Positions 1-9,469 of a stretch of 20,000 nt of DNA are shown piece by piece (within the stretch, counting starts at the first letter, position 1; every line of letters begins with the position of its first letter). A program made the position numbers and the translations under genes. This DNA comes from Chiloscyllium plagiosum (Eukaryota). The notes beneath the pieces are model-generated. The model was not told the DNA's origin. It saw only the letters and a list, made by a program, of their open reading frames with translations, and ran no database searches. The stretch is from NCBI RefSeq assembly GCF_004010195.1, contig NC_057753.1, positions 1,284,854-1,304,853 of the forward strand, in the 5' to 3' direction.

Positions 1-110
1 GCCCGAAACGTCGATTCTCCTGTTGCCTGGAAGCTGCCTGACCTGCTGCGCTTCTCCAGCAACACATTTTCAGCTCTGATCTCCAACATCTGTAGACATC
101 ACTTTCTCCT
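1..110 (+). mobile_element. Penelope-like element terminal repeat (pLTR) 3' fragment carrying the 3' half of a hammerhead ribozyme motif; runs off the window start
   Basis: Begins GCCC-GAAACGTC (stem II 3' strand + GAAA + cleavage-site region). Clearly homologous to 13046-13154 in this window (gctgcctgacc...ctctgatctcca.catctg.ag...ttctcct). PLE assignment rests on the known PLE-hammerhead association. Confidence 0.7.
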
Positions 111-586
111 ACAACAGAAGTAAGGCTCACTGGTCTATAATTACCTGGGTCATCCCTGCTACCCTTCTTGAACACGGGCACTACGTTTGAAAACCTCCAG
201 TCCTCTGGTATTAAACCTGTCGACAATGACGACTCAAATATCAAAGCCAAAGGTTCCGCTGTCCCTTCCCGAGCTTCCCAGAGAATCCTCGGGTAAATCC
301 CATCCGGCCCAGAGAACTTTCACTCCTTCTAGAATTCATAACACTTGTTCGTAACTAACCTCGATCCTTTCTAGTCTAATATCTCATACCTCATTCTTCT
401 CCTCTACTATATTCTCCTTTTCCTGAGTGAACACCGATGAGAAATGTTTGATTAACACCTCTCCAACCTCCACAGTGTCCACACTCAACTTCCCACTTCT
501 GTCTTTGACTGACCCTATTCCTATCCGAGTCATCCTTTTATTCCTCACACGCCTGTAGAAAGCTTTAGGGCTGTCCTTTATTCTCG
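111..586 (-). mobile_element. CR1 LINE ORF2 fragment (linker to start of RT), relatively young
   Basis: Minus-strand translation gives RIKDSPKAFYRRVRNKRMTRIGIGSVKDRSGKL...VLIKHFSSVFT and ANVVPVFKKGSRDDPGNYRPVSLTSVV, hallmark CR1 ORF2 motifs. Confidence 0.92.
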
Positions 587-587
587 T

Positions 588-3299
588 TTGAAGTGCCAGC
601 TCAAGTCTGTGGAAGTTGCAGTGGAAGTGAGTGACAGAGTGTCAGTTCCAGGAGTACAGTTTGTTTTTGGGAGCGATTACGGTTCCACGATGTCAGTGAC
701 ACCCCTTGTTGTGGAGAAGCCAAAGGAAGACCAGGGAACTGAGGCGTTAAAAGAAAAATAACCTGGACTTTTTCCAGACTGTGTAGTAACAAGATCCCAC
801 AATCATTAATGACAGCACGAAAAAAAACTAAAGAAAGAAACGATGAAGTGGCGGTTCTGTTAGTGGATACTGTGTTTGATGTAAAGATGCAAGGCAAGTC
901 TGAGCAGGCAGAAATGTTTAGTCCTGGAAGGGTAATGGACTTACAACACAAAGACGCGACAAACATATATATAAGTGCATACTCAGAAAATGAGTCAGAA
1001 TGGATTCCTGAGGATTATTATTTTAAAGTTAGAATCCTGAGACTAAAATGGAGACCGCTGCATGTTAACACAGAGGAGAAGTTGACAGAAGTCCATCAGA
1101 TTGTGTTGCCAGTAGTATACACAGAGGAAGTCTTACAGTTAGCGCATGAATTACAAATACGAAAGAACCTCGTTGTACAGAAGACTCAGGCTAAAAACAT
1201 TTCTTGAATGCACACAGATATGTTGAATTTCTGCCATACATGCCATACATGCCAAATGGTAGGTAGGCACAGGCATGAATAAAACCAGCACCCTCATTGC
1301 CAATTCCCACATTCAAAGAACCTTTCACGTGGGTTGTGGTTGATTGTGTGGATGCACTTCCTGAAGCTAAAAGTGCAACCCAGTACTAGATAACCATAAC
1401 AGATGTGTCCACCAGATTTCTGGAGGCAATTCCATTATGGAGATGAAGGCAAAATGGGTAATCGAGGAATTACTGTCTTTCCTCAAGTAGTATTGGCTAC
1501 CCTGTGAGATTTAACCAGACCAAGGGCCTAATTTTACTGCTAGGCTTCTAAAGAAAGTCATGGCTAGCTTAGGTATACAGCACTTCAGATCAAGTGCGTT
1601 TCATCCTCAATCCGTGGCTATGTCGCTTTATTATTGTCACCAGTGGTAGGAGCTCTCTTCAAATTATGGTTTAGCGGCCCCGATCGAAGGAAACAAAAGT
1701 TGAGTCAGGTAAACTATTTTGTAAATTTGCCAGATCGAAAAGAAACTGCATCGGGTGTTTCATATGAATATGTTGAAGCCTTTTTTCTAATAGAGAGAGA
1801 GAACTGCAGAACCAGGTGTTCGTTATCTGCCCCGCAGAGTGAGGAACTAAATCCAGTTGTCTTGGAGTTTGATGTGCCTCGAAATACAGTAAACAATGAG
1901 GAAGGTCTTGCGGAGTGGGTTGCTTAGTGAAGTATCTGTCTCTGTAGTAAATAACCCAGTTGAAGGGTTTGCTGCAGCAGTATGAGGGCATGTGCTGGCA
2001 TAAGATGGGGAGGACTAATGCTCTTCTGCATGAGGTAGACTTAGGGACTGTTGTTCCCATTAAACAACATCCCGCAGACATAATTCTTTCAAAGCCACAC
2101 AGATCCAGAAGGAAGTGGATGCGATGCCCAATGAAGAAATCTTCGAACCGAGACAGAGTGGTTGGAGTTCACTGATTGTGTTCGCTCCCAAACCTGACGG
2201 GACTGTTGTGTTGACTATCAGAAGGTCAATGCCGTAGCAAATTCGGACCCATACAGAATACCAAAATCGAAGATTGGATGGAGAAAGTAGGACAAGCCAA
2301 TTACATCACAAAGTTGGACTTACTGCGTGGTTACTGGCAGGTACCTTTATCAGAGAAAGCGAACGAAGTTTCACTGTTGTTTCCCAAAATGGCTTACTCA
2401 ATTTAGAGTGATAACTTTTGGAATGAAAAATGCACCAGCCACATTCCTAGGACTCAGGAACAGAGCTATGGCTGGGTAAACAAACTGTGCAGTCAATCTG
2501 GATGATATTGTGATCTTTTGTGAGTCAAAAAAGACCACATGGCACAGTTGGCCGTGCTCCTTGAAAGATTAAGAGAAGCATAACTGGTAATAAACTTAAA
2601 GAAAACTGAATTCGCGGAGGCGGAGGGGACGTACTTGGGAAAAACAAACATTGGTCAAGGAAGGTTGAACCTGAGGAATACAAAGACGAAAGCTATTGTG
2701 GAATTTCCATTTCTAACCTCGAAGGATAAGATGCTTCATTTCTTGGGACTAAGCAGAGTCTACTGGAAGTTTGTTCCAAACCTCATCAGTGTAATGGCAC
2801 TTACTAACCGATTTACTGAAGAAGAACACAATATTTTGGTGGACAGAACAATGCCAGGAGACATTTGAAAACCTAAAATCAGTGTTAACCACTGCACAAT
2901 TTTATATCTGCACCAAATCTTTTTTCAAAACTTCAAAGTTGTAATCGGCAGAAGTAATATAAGAGGTGGAGCGGTACTGCTGCAGGAAGATGATGATGGA
3001 ATTGAACAGCAAATTGGCTACTTTTCAATGAAACTCAACATCCACCACAGAAAATGCTCTACCATTGAAAATGAATTACTGAGTTTGGTACAGGCCTTGC
3101 AACATTTTAATATTTGTGTGACTATCAATGTGACAGAGAGAGTTGTGTCCACGGGTCACAGTCTGCTTACATTCTTGGAACAATTTAAAGACAAGCATAT
3201 GAGACTATTTCATTGGAGCATTATGTGATAGACTTTTACATTACAAAATGACATGCTGCATCATGAAATTGTGACAGCAGATGCATTTCGCGGATTTAA
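588..3299 (+). pseudogene. pol: pol pseudogene, domain order PR-INT-RT-RH, many stops and frameshifts
   Basis: PR C-terminus VPGVQFVFGSDY...FPDCVVTRS (~645-800). INT zinc-binding QIVLPVVYTEEVLQLAHE...CHTCHTCQ (~1095-1257). INT core EPFTWVVVDCV, DVSTRFLEAIPL, DQGPNF, SSAFHPQS (~1318-1613). GPY/F module FSGP..KLSQVNYFVNLPDRK..HMNMLK (~1670-1780). RT PIKQHP, CVDYQKVNA, ITKLDLLRGYWQVPL, FGMKNAPATF, NLDDIVIF (2495-2518). RNase H GAVLLQEDDDGIEQQIGYFS, STIENELLSLVQALQHF, terminal ADA (~2965-3299). Confidence 0.92.
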
Positions 3300-3365
3300 C
3301 GGGTAAAGTATGGACAAGCTTGAAAAGATACGAATTATATGGGTGTGCGCTTCTCTCTATGTGTC

Positions 3366-3383
3366 TGTGTGTGTGTGTGTGTG
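3366..3383 (+). repeat. (TG)9 microsatellite in the retrotransposon 3' UTR
   Basis: Directly visible perfect dinucleotide run. Confidence 0.95.
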
Positions 3384-3499
3384 CCGCACACGGAAATTAA
3401 GATGAACTTAGATTAATGTCCTATGCATTTTTTGTAATTGAATTAAGAATTAGGAAAATAAGATATGCCACCTTTCAATATGATGGCTCAGGTTTTGTT

Positions 3500-3510
3500 A
3501 AGGGTAGATG
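3500..3510 (+). other. Degenerate polypurine tract (PPT)
   Basis: AAGGGTAGATG (9 of 11 purines) immediately before the LTR-initial TG, downstream of RNase H. Confidence 0.55.
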
Positions 3511-4270
3511 TGTTATGAAGTTGAAGGTGTATACTGTACCATTCAGAGAGAGTGATGTTTTTGTGCATTGAGATCATCTAACCACCTGTCGTATTGGAAC
3601 AAGCAGTCTCAGAGTGCACTGGAAAATTGAAATTATGTACCATTTCGCTGTCAAATGGTTATATTAGCTTTGGTCGCTGTTGTGACAACAATTCGAATTT
3701 AGCCAATCGTTTTAAATTATGCCCTAGTACACACACAAAAAGACAATCGAGTTTGAATTTATTGTTTTTACCAAGCTCGATCTAATTTTTTAGGGAATCA
3801 AGAAGCAAGTATTTTGAAAGTTAGAGAGGCCAACCGCCATCGACAAACTTCCTTCAAAACATTCTCTTTCAAAGGTAATTTTTCATTAGAAACATCTTCA
3901 AAGTAAAAACAAAGAAGACGACCCCTTGAGATTTTCAGCCAGAAGAAGACAGACACCGACGAAACAGCCGTTGTGTGGTTTTGAAATTAAGTGATGCACT
4001 TTTAATGGCTAGTTTTTTCTTATTGGGATGATATATTGCTACAGAATTGGAGTTAGAGAATAAGCAGTTAAGAGAAAGGGGGTTTAGAGTTTTGAATAGT
4101 TATTGTTTAATGTTCACTTTTTGAGTTAAAGAATAAATTGGTAATATTGTGTTTAAATTGTGGAATCTGGGGAGTTCTCAGATACTCATACGTTAACAGA
4201 TTGCAAGGCAAGATAAGCTTTCTCGGTGGTTGGTTTAATTAGCATAAGTGCTGAACGCCGTTTCCTAACA
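3511..4270 (+). repeat. LTR (~760 bp) of the Gmr1-like element
   Basis: TGTTATGA...TCCTAACA termini (7/8 inverted match), AATAAA at 4132-4137, preceded by the PPT and followed by a PBS. Its last ~70 bp are repeated at 4564-4637. Confidence 0.82.
4132..4137 (+). promoter_or_regulatory. Putative LTR polyadenylation signal AATAAA
   Basis: 133 bp from the LTR end, similar to the AATAAA position in the minus-strand LTR at 11993-12655. Confidence 0.5.
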
Positions 4271-4273
4271 ATT

Positions 4274-4294
4274 TGTTGGCTTGTCGAGGATTTG
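4274..4294 (+). other. Degenerate primer-binding site complementary to the tRNA-Pro 3' end
   Basis: TGTTGGCTTGTCGAGGATTTG vs the tRNA-Pro complement TGGGGGCTCGTCCGGGATTTG = 16/21. It lies 3 nt after the LTR end, the same spacing as the PBS at 11968-11989. Confidence 0.7.
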
Positions 4295-4350
4295 GACAGG
4301 TTTAGACAGATCCAGTCTGAGATTTGGACAGATTTGAACAGATTTGGCGT
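4289..4350 (+). repeat. Imperfect 10-bp tandem repeat (GATTTGGACA) in the retrotransposon 5' leader
   Basis: gatttggaca ggtttagaca gatccagtct ga gatttggaca gatttgaaca gatttggcgt. Confidence 0.75.
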
Positions 4351-4472
4351 ATTATAGATCCTAGGAAATTTAAACATTTACCGATTAGTGTCTGGATCTT
4401 TAAATGAAATGTAGGAAAGACAATTTGTTTAATTTTGGTTACTTGTGGTTGGTTAAATTAAAAGTGAGAGAA

Positions 4473-4563
4473 ATGGCTCTTAAGTTTGCTGAAAATGTTC
4501 TTCGGTTTGAAGATGATTTCCAAACTTGTGAAGAAAATATTCGAAATAGAGTAAAGGACCATA
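4473..4563 (+). pseudogene. gag: gag N-terminal remnant, truncated by a deletion
   Basis: ATG ~180 bp after the PBS, reading MALKFAENVLRFEDDFQTCEENIRNRVKDH. Position and start loosely resemble the gag at 11850 (MDLPITKSFLEEV). Confidence 0.5.
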
Positions 4564-4637
4564 ATTGTATGAGGCAAGGTGAGCGTTTCTGGGTGTTTGG
4601 GTTAATTAGCGGAATGGTTCACAGCCGTGTCATAACA
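4564..4637 (+). repeat. 3' end (U5) of a further LTR copy
   Basis: Manual alignment to 4200-4270 gives about 50 identities in 66 columns; ends TCATAACA. Confidence 0.8.
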
Positions 4638-5677
4638 ATTACCAGGAAAATCAACGCTCACAAGAAGCAGATGACGTACTTCTTGATGGCGTAATACGCT
4701 TGTATTTCAATGAAGAAGTGAACTATTCCACCATGTGGCAGACAATCTCTTCCAAGCACGCTACTTTTTTTTAATTATACTCGTATGATATCCACCAGGT
4801 GGTTGCCACATCATGCAATCTTCAATTCACATCGGCATTGCAATTCCTATGGTAATTCGCTGGTGTTACAATATATTTAGCGCTGCAATTTAATTGAAAA
4901 TCTCCAAAGTCTGAATGATAGTGGTTGCTTAATTAAACAACAATAATTAGAAACAACGTTTTGCAAGCAACACAGATGTTCCATCAGTAACGGCAGGCCC
5001 CATAGTTCGATCGCACACTGTTTTGAAGTTTACCTTCACTCTGCTATACTCAGGCAATACTTTAATTACTCATGTCAATTTGAGCATCTCAGGATTGCCA
5101 ATGCATTCTGCTGTGATCAAAAGTTAGTGTGCAATTGTAGAGGTAAATGCAAATGGTACGTTTCAGGGCGCTTATATTAAAAAAAGACTGCCCACTGGCA
5201 CAAGACATCAATGTCCTTTCATTTTAAATCATGAGCTGTCGATCTTGCATTACAACACAGGCTTCTAAACAGAGGCACACACTTATACTTGCACAACTTC
5301 TGAAAATTATGTTGTGGCCCGAAACCATGTGAGACACAATCGGATCTTCAACCGATGTAGTAACTTCAATCGATTACAAGTCATCAAACAAACGGAGCTC
5401 TTCAATCTAATGGATACACAAACTGCTAAATTTCAAAACGGTATTTCTAGATAAGCCATTGCACCAACTGTAATGAAGACGTTCAAACCAAAAAAGCCAA
5501 TCGCTCCAATTGTCACTTTTTTTTTCCCAATGTGATGGCCGAGGAGAAAACTTTCTAGCATTTCCTGCCTGTTATCAAGGAAGTTGGAAGAAATAAGATG
5601 TTGATTCTTACCTTACTTTTCAGCATTGCAACTGATACTTCCAACGACTAAACTTGGGTTTCAATCCTGGCATACAA

Positions 5678-5863
5678 TAGAATTCCTGCAGGGAGGAAAC
5701 AGGCCATTCGGCACAACAAGTTCACACTGACTCTCTGAAAAGCAACCCCCTGATACTCACCCCTATCATTTCCCATGGTTAATTCTTCTAACCTACACAT
5801 TTATGGACACTATGGGCAATTTAGCATGTCCAATCCACCAAACCCACACATCTTTGTACTGGG
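5678..5863 (-). mobile_element. HE1-like SINE, 3' half only (tRNA-derived head missing)
   Basis: Contains ggaaacaggccattcggcacaacaag (LINE-derived tail, shared with ~16655-16682) and cactatgggcaatttagcatg.ccaatccacc.aacc..cacatctttg, which I recognise as the elasmobranch HE1/V-SINE body. Confidence 0.75.
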
Positions 5864-5914
5864 GCTTTGTTCATTTTTGAAACAAATGCATCCTTCCAAC
5901 AGCCGCAGAATATA

Positions 5915-7330
5915 AATGCAAGAATAGACGAACTAGTAGCACATTCTGCCCCTCGCACCTGTTCCACCATTTGATATGATCATGGTTGATCTCATGTCAA
6001 CCTCAACTCCACCTCAAACTGCAACTTGCCTTTTGACATTGCTAACATGAGGTAACATCTGTCTACATCTATTTTCTCAACCCTCTTTAGCATCTATATA
6101 CAGCAATAAGATCTCAAATTCTTCTAAATTATGGGGAAAAAATTGGCCTGAACTGCTCAATCGCTTCTCACAAGGCTAACTCCTCATCTTTGGAAACAAT
6201 CTAATGAATTTCCCCGGAACTGTCTGCAGTCCAATTACATCCGAGCTCAGGTAAAGTGAACAAAATGGAACGCAATACTTCAGGTACAGTCTATTGGAGC
6301 AACTCTTCCCTACTTTTGGACTCTATTCCTTGAGCAAAGCATATCAATAATCTGCCCATTTTCATGCACTAGCCCCTAAAACCAGAGGATCTTACCTTGT
6401 TTATTAATTTTTATGTGGGGCCTTATCAAGTACTTTCTGGAAGTATAGATATTCGATATCTAGAGGATTCTTATTATCGATATTTTTCTTACATCTTTGG
6501 AGAATACCAGCAAATTAGTAAAAATGATTTCATCTTCGTATAAACATGCAGACTTCCAAATGCACTTTGTATTTTCAAATGCGCTGTTACCAATTTCATT
6601 AATAACAGAATCTAAAAAAATCCCCATAATATATGTTAAAATAACTAGTCTGTCTCTTCTTGTTTTCTGCCACTCTCCCTTTTGAACAAGGGTGATAGCA
6701 TCAGTGCATTTTTCTATTACATTGAACCCTTTCTCAAATCTAGGGAATTTTGGGATCTTGTCACCAATGTATCCGCTATCTCTCCTGCCACGTCTTGGGA
6801 TATTGGCAATTAGGCGCTGGAGACCTGTCTGACTTCAGTCCCAATACTTTCTTCAAGACTTTTTCCTCGACTGGTGGTGATTGATATAAGCAGTGGAGTA
6901 CCTGCTGCAATTAGAACGGTATTATTTTCCGCCATTTTGAAAATTGAGGAAAAATACGGACTTTGTCATTCCACCATTTATGTGTTTGCGTTATTAACTC
7001 TCCAGTCTCATCTTCCAGGGAACTTACAGTTCTCTTTAGTTATTCTCTTCCTTTTTGTATACATACATAACTGCGTTGCTATCCATTTTATATTTCTGCT
7101 TGTTTCTTTCATAATTTATCTTTGTTCTTTTCATGACGTTTCAAAAGTAACCCTTTGTTGATCTTTTAACATTTTCTAATTTTCCAGCCTGCCAGTCGAC
7201 CTGGTATTATGATGCTTCTGACTTTTTGTCTTTAGATTATCTTTATCTTCCTTTCTTGACTATGGATATCAACCCCACCCTTGCCCAGCCCTCTCTTCCA
7301 ATCTTTATTTCGTTCTGGAATGTGCTTTGA
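5915..7330 (-). mobile_element. Old, internally deleted CR1 LINE (3' UTR + ORF2 pieces)
   Basis: CR1-type 3' end (cattc.gcccctcg.acctg...atcatg..tgatc, also at 7400-7452). Minus strand reads DIEYLYFQKVLDKAPH (~6413-6460), a decayed DIVYLDFQKAFDKVPH, plus LFKR and SPG-like motifs at 6670-6830. Confidence 0.75.
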
Positions 7331-7368
7331 TTGGACGAACTTTAAAGAAGAAAAATATTGAACAAACT

Positions 7369-8700
7369 CATAAGAACTTAATAACTAAAAACAGAAATAG
7401 ACAATTCAGCCCCTCGAACCTGGTCAATCACTGAATGCGATCATGAGTGATCGCTTCTCAGCTTCAACTCCAATTTTCTGTCAGTTCCCTATAGCCTATT
7501 AATCCTCCTCAATTCCTTTCAGCATTCACTGGATTCTGGGGTAGCAAATTTCAAAGATTCACGACCCTTTTGAGAGAAGTAATTTTCTCTAAGATCACTT
7601 TTAAATCTGCCACCTCTCATTCTAAAAATCCCAGTTCTCATTCTACACTATCCCCAAGAGGAAACATCTGACATGTGTCCATTTTGTCAATCCCGTTAAG
7701 CATGTTACATGTCTCAATTAAATATGTTTTCACCTTTCTGAACTCTACCGAGTCAGGTGTCAACTTTTCAATCGCCCCTCGGAAAACAAGCCTTTCAAAT
7801 TTGCAATTAATTTCACAAAAATTCTTTGTATTGTCTCAGATACAATGTCACCCTTACTCAAGTACAGGGAACAGAACTGTACATTACATAGCAAATCTGG
7901 TCTCAACAATGGCTTGTATAATTCCAATGACATTCCCTATTTTGTACTCAATTCCTTTATCAATAAATGCCGAAATTCAATTTGCCCTTCTTGGTAGCTG
8001 ATGTATCTGCATATGACTAATGCAAGAGGATACTCAGTCCGAAGGTATTTTGAAATTTCCTTCCTATTAAATAATAAGTTTCTCTTTTATTCTTATGACG
8101 AAAGTGGATAATCTCAAAAAACCTCACATTTATCTCTGTTAAACCCCAGTGATCAAATTTTGACTGGTTTACCTAACTTATCGACATCCATTTGTAATTT
8201 TCAAATTTCTTCACGGCAACTTACTTTCCCATTTATTGCAGTGTGATACCTAAATTTGGCAATCGTGCTTTCTTTCCCTGCATCCCCCAAGACCGTTAAT
8301 ATAGATTGCCAATTGTTGGAACCTTTGGCCTGAAACCTGTGACACTTTATTAGTTGCAGCTTGACACGTGGGGAAATGCCCAGTTATCAAAACTCCCTAC
8401 TTTCTGTTGGTTATTCAATCGATATGCAAACTAATATATTACCCTGAAATCCCATGTAATCCTACCTTATATGTTAACCTTTTGTGTGGCACCTTATCAA
8501 ACACCTCTTGAAGTCCCCATTTGCAGATCTCCCATAATCCAATTTTTATTGCTGCATCTTCTCAGGATGAAAGCATTGGATCACGATTTATCTTTCAAAA
8601 ACCACACTGACTTGATTGGATTGCGTTTTGACTTTACGTATGTCCTATCATTCCTTCAAACACATTTCTCTGTCCCCAGTTCTGAACCAGGCATTTTCCA
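7369..8700 (-). mobile_element. Old CR1 LINE, 3' UTR and RT region
   Basis: 3' end homologous to 5915-6010. Minus strand reads YKPLLRPDLLCNVQFCSLY (~7860-7920, decayed YKALVRPHLEYCVQFWSPY) and EVFDKVPH (~8484-8510). Confidence 0.8.
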
Positions 8701-8714
8701 ACTTCTTCTTATTG

Positions 8715-9442
8715 ATATAACTATCCTCGTGGCTCAGGTAGTAGTCCAAAGATGATTATCTTTGTGTTTCCACTTGCTAATTTAACAAGAAGCTGCTTGT
8801 GTTCCTCAGAATACCCTCTTTCTTCGCCCTGGTGGTATCGTTGGTAATTACGTAGACCACAACAACTGGCTATTTCGCATCCCTTTCATGGTTCGTGTGC
8901 AGCCCAGATGAGAGATCCTTGACACAGTCATCATAAACTACCCAACATTTGAGACTTTGGACCATTTCTAAAGAGAACAATGTCTATTTCTCCTAACTAT
9001 ATTATTTCTATTTAATTCTATATTCCTCCACATACCACACCCCACGCTTTGGAAAGCTTCCTGTACCAGGAAGAAATTATCAGTTTTCTCATTCTGCCTG
9101 CAGTCCACGTTCTAGACTACACAGAGAGAACGGATATCGAAACTGTTGGATATTTCAAGAACTGAACCTCCGAAGTCATTGCACCCTTAAACCCACTACT
9201 TGCCTCATTCATGATCATGCACTCCTGTCCCTGCCAAAGGATGGAATTTGTGATCATTGATCTAAGGGATTTCAATGCCTCCTGAAGCATGTCTCCCCCT
9301 CTTGTGTTGCAGTGTTGCAAGCGCGGGCTCATGAATTCTGATCCAGTGTTCCTCGATCAACCAACACTTGCTACAGTTGTTGTCATTGCGAGTCAGAATG
9401 GGGTTCGCTGACTTCAAACTTACGCAATGATAGTACATTGCA
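8715..9442 (-). pseudogene. CR1 ORF1 remnant: Cys zinc-finger/leucine-zipper N-terminus + SGNH/GDSL esterase domain
   Basis: CSKCWLIEE (CSKCW at 9375-9361), ISNSFDI (decayed LSNRFEI), IVR.IDIVL...VKDLSSGL (decayed GDSIVRG...PGARVKD block), PVVVVYVITND (8869-8837; decayed VVVHVGTND). Confidence 0.68.
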
Positions 9443-9469
9443 TCAAATATCAGATATAGTTAAACAAAT

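Larger units (their letters stand above)
587..4637 (+). mobile_element. Decayed Ty3/gypsy LTR retrotransposon of Gmr1 type, composite pol-PPT-LTR-PBS-gag'-LTR' structure
   Basis: Gypsy-type pol motifs in the order PR, INT, RT, RNase H. LTR starts TGTTATGA (3511) and the last LTR piece ends TCATAACA (4637), its exact reverse complement. Confidence 0.88.

Noticed and set aside
601..2081. Minus-strand ORFs 601-966, 1671-2081 and 1714-1896
   Set aside because: Antisense to the pol pseudogene with no recognisable motifs.
4289..4350. Short repeat array as a CRISPR-like locus
   Set aside because: 10-bp contiguous units without unique spacers, in a eukaryotic retrotransposon leader, with no cas genes.
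4404..4694. 96-aa ORF as a novel gene
   Set aside because: It is a chimera of leader, gag start, LTR U5 and flank that stays open by chance across a deletion junction.
5147..5186. Octamer ATGCAAAT followed by a TATA-like run (immunoglobulin or snRNA promoter)
   Set aside because: An 8-mer is expected about once by chance in 20 kb of AT-rich DNA (another lies inside a CR1 at 18090); no leader exon, V segment or RSS follows.
5605..5680. Possible 55-nt minus-strand exon (CAG acceptor, AG/GTAAGA donor)
   Set aside because: Stop codons in all three frames, weak polypyrimidine tract and no partner exons; a non-coding exon cannot be excluded without RNA data.
6874..8755. Hydrophobic plus-strand ORFs resembling membrane proteins (6874, 7675, 8471; similarly 10394-10622, 18090, 18461)
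   Set aside because: They are the T-rich antisense strand of A-rich CR1 ORF2 remnants.
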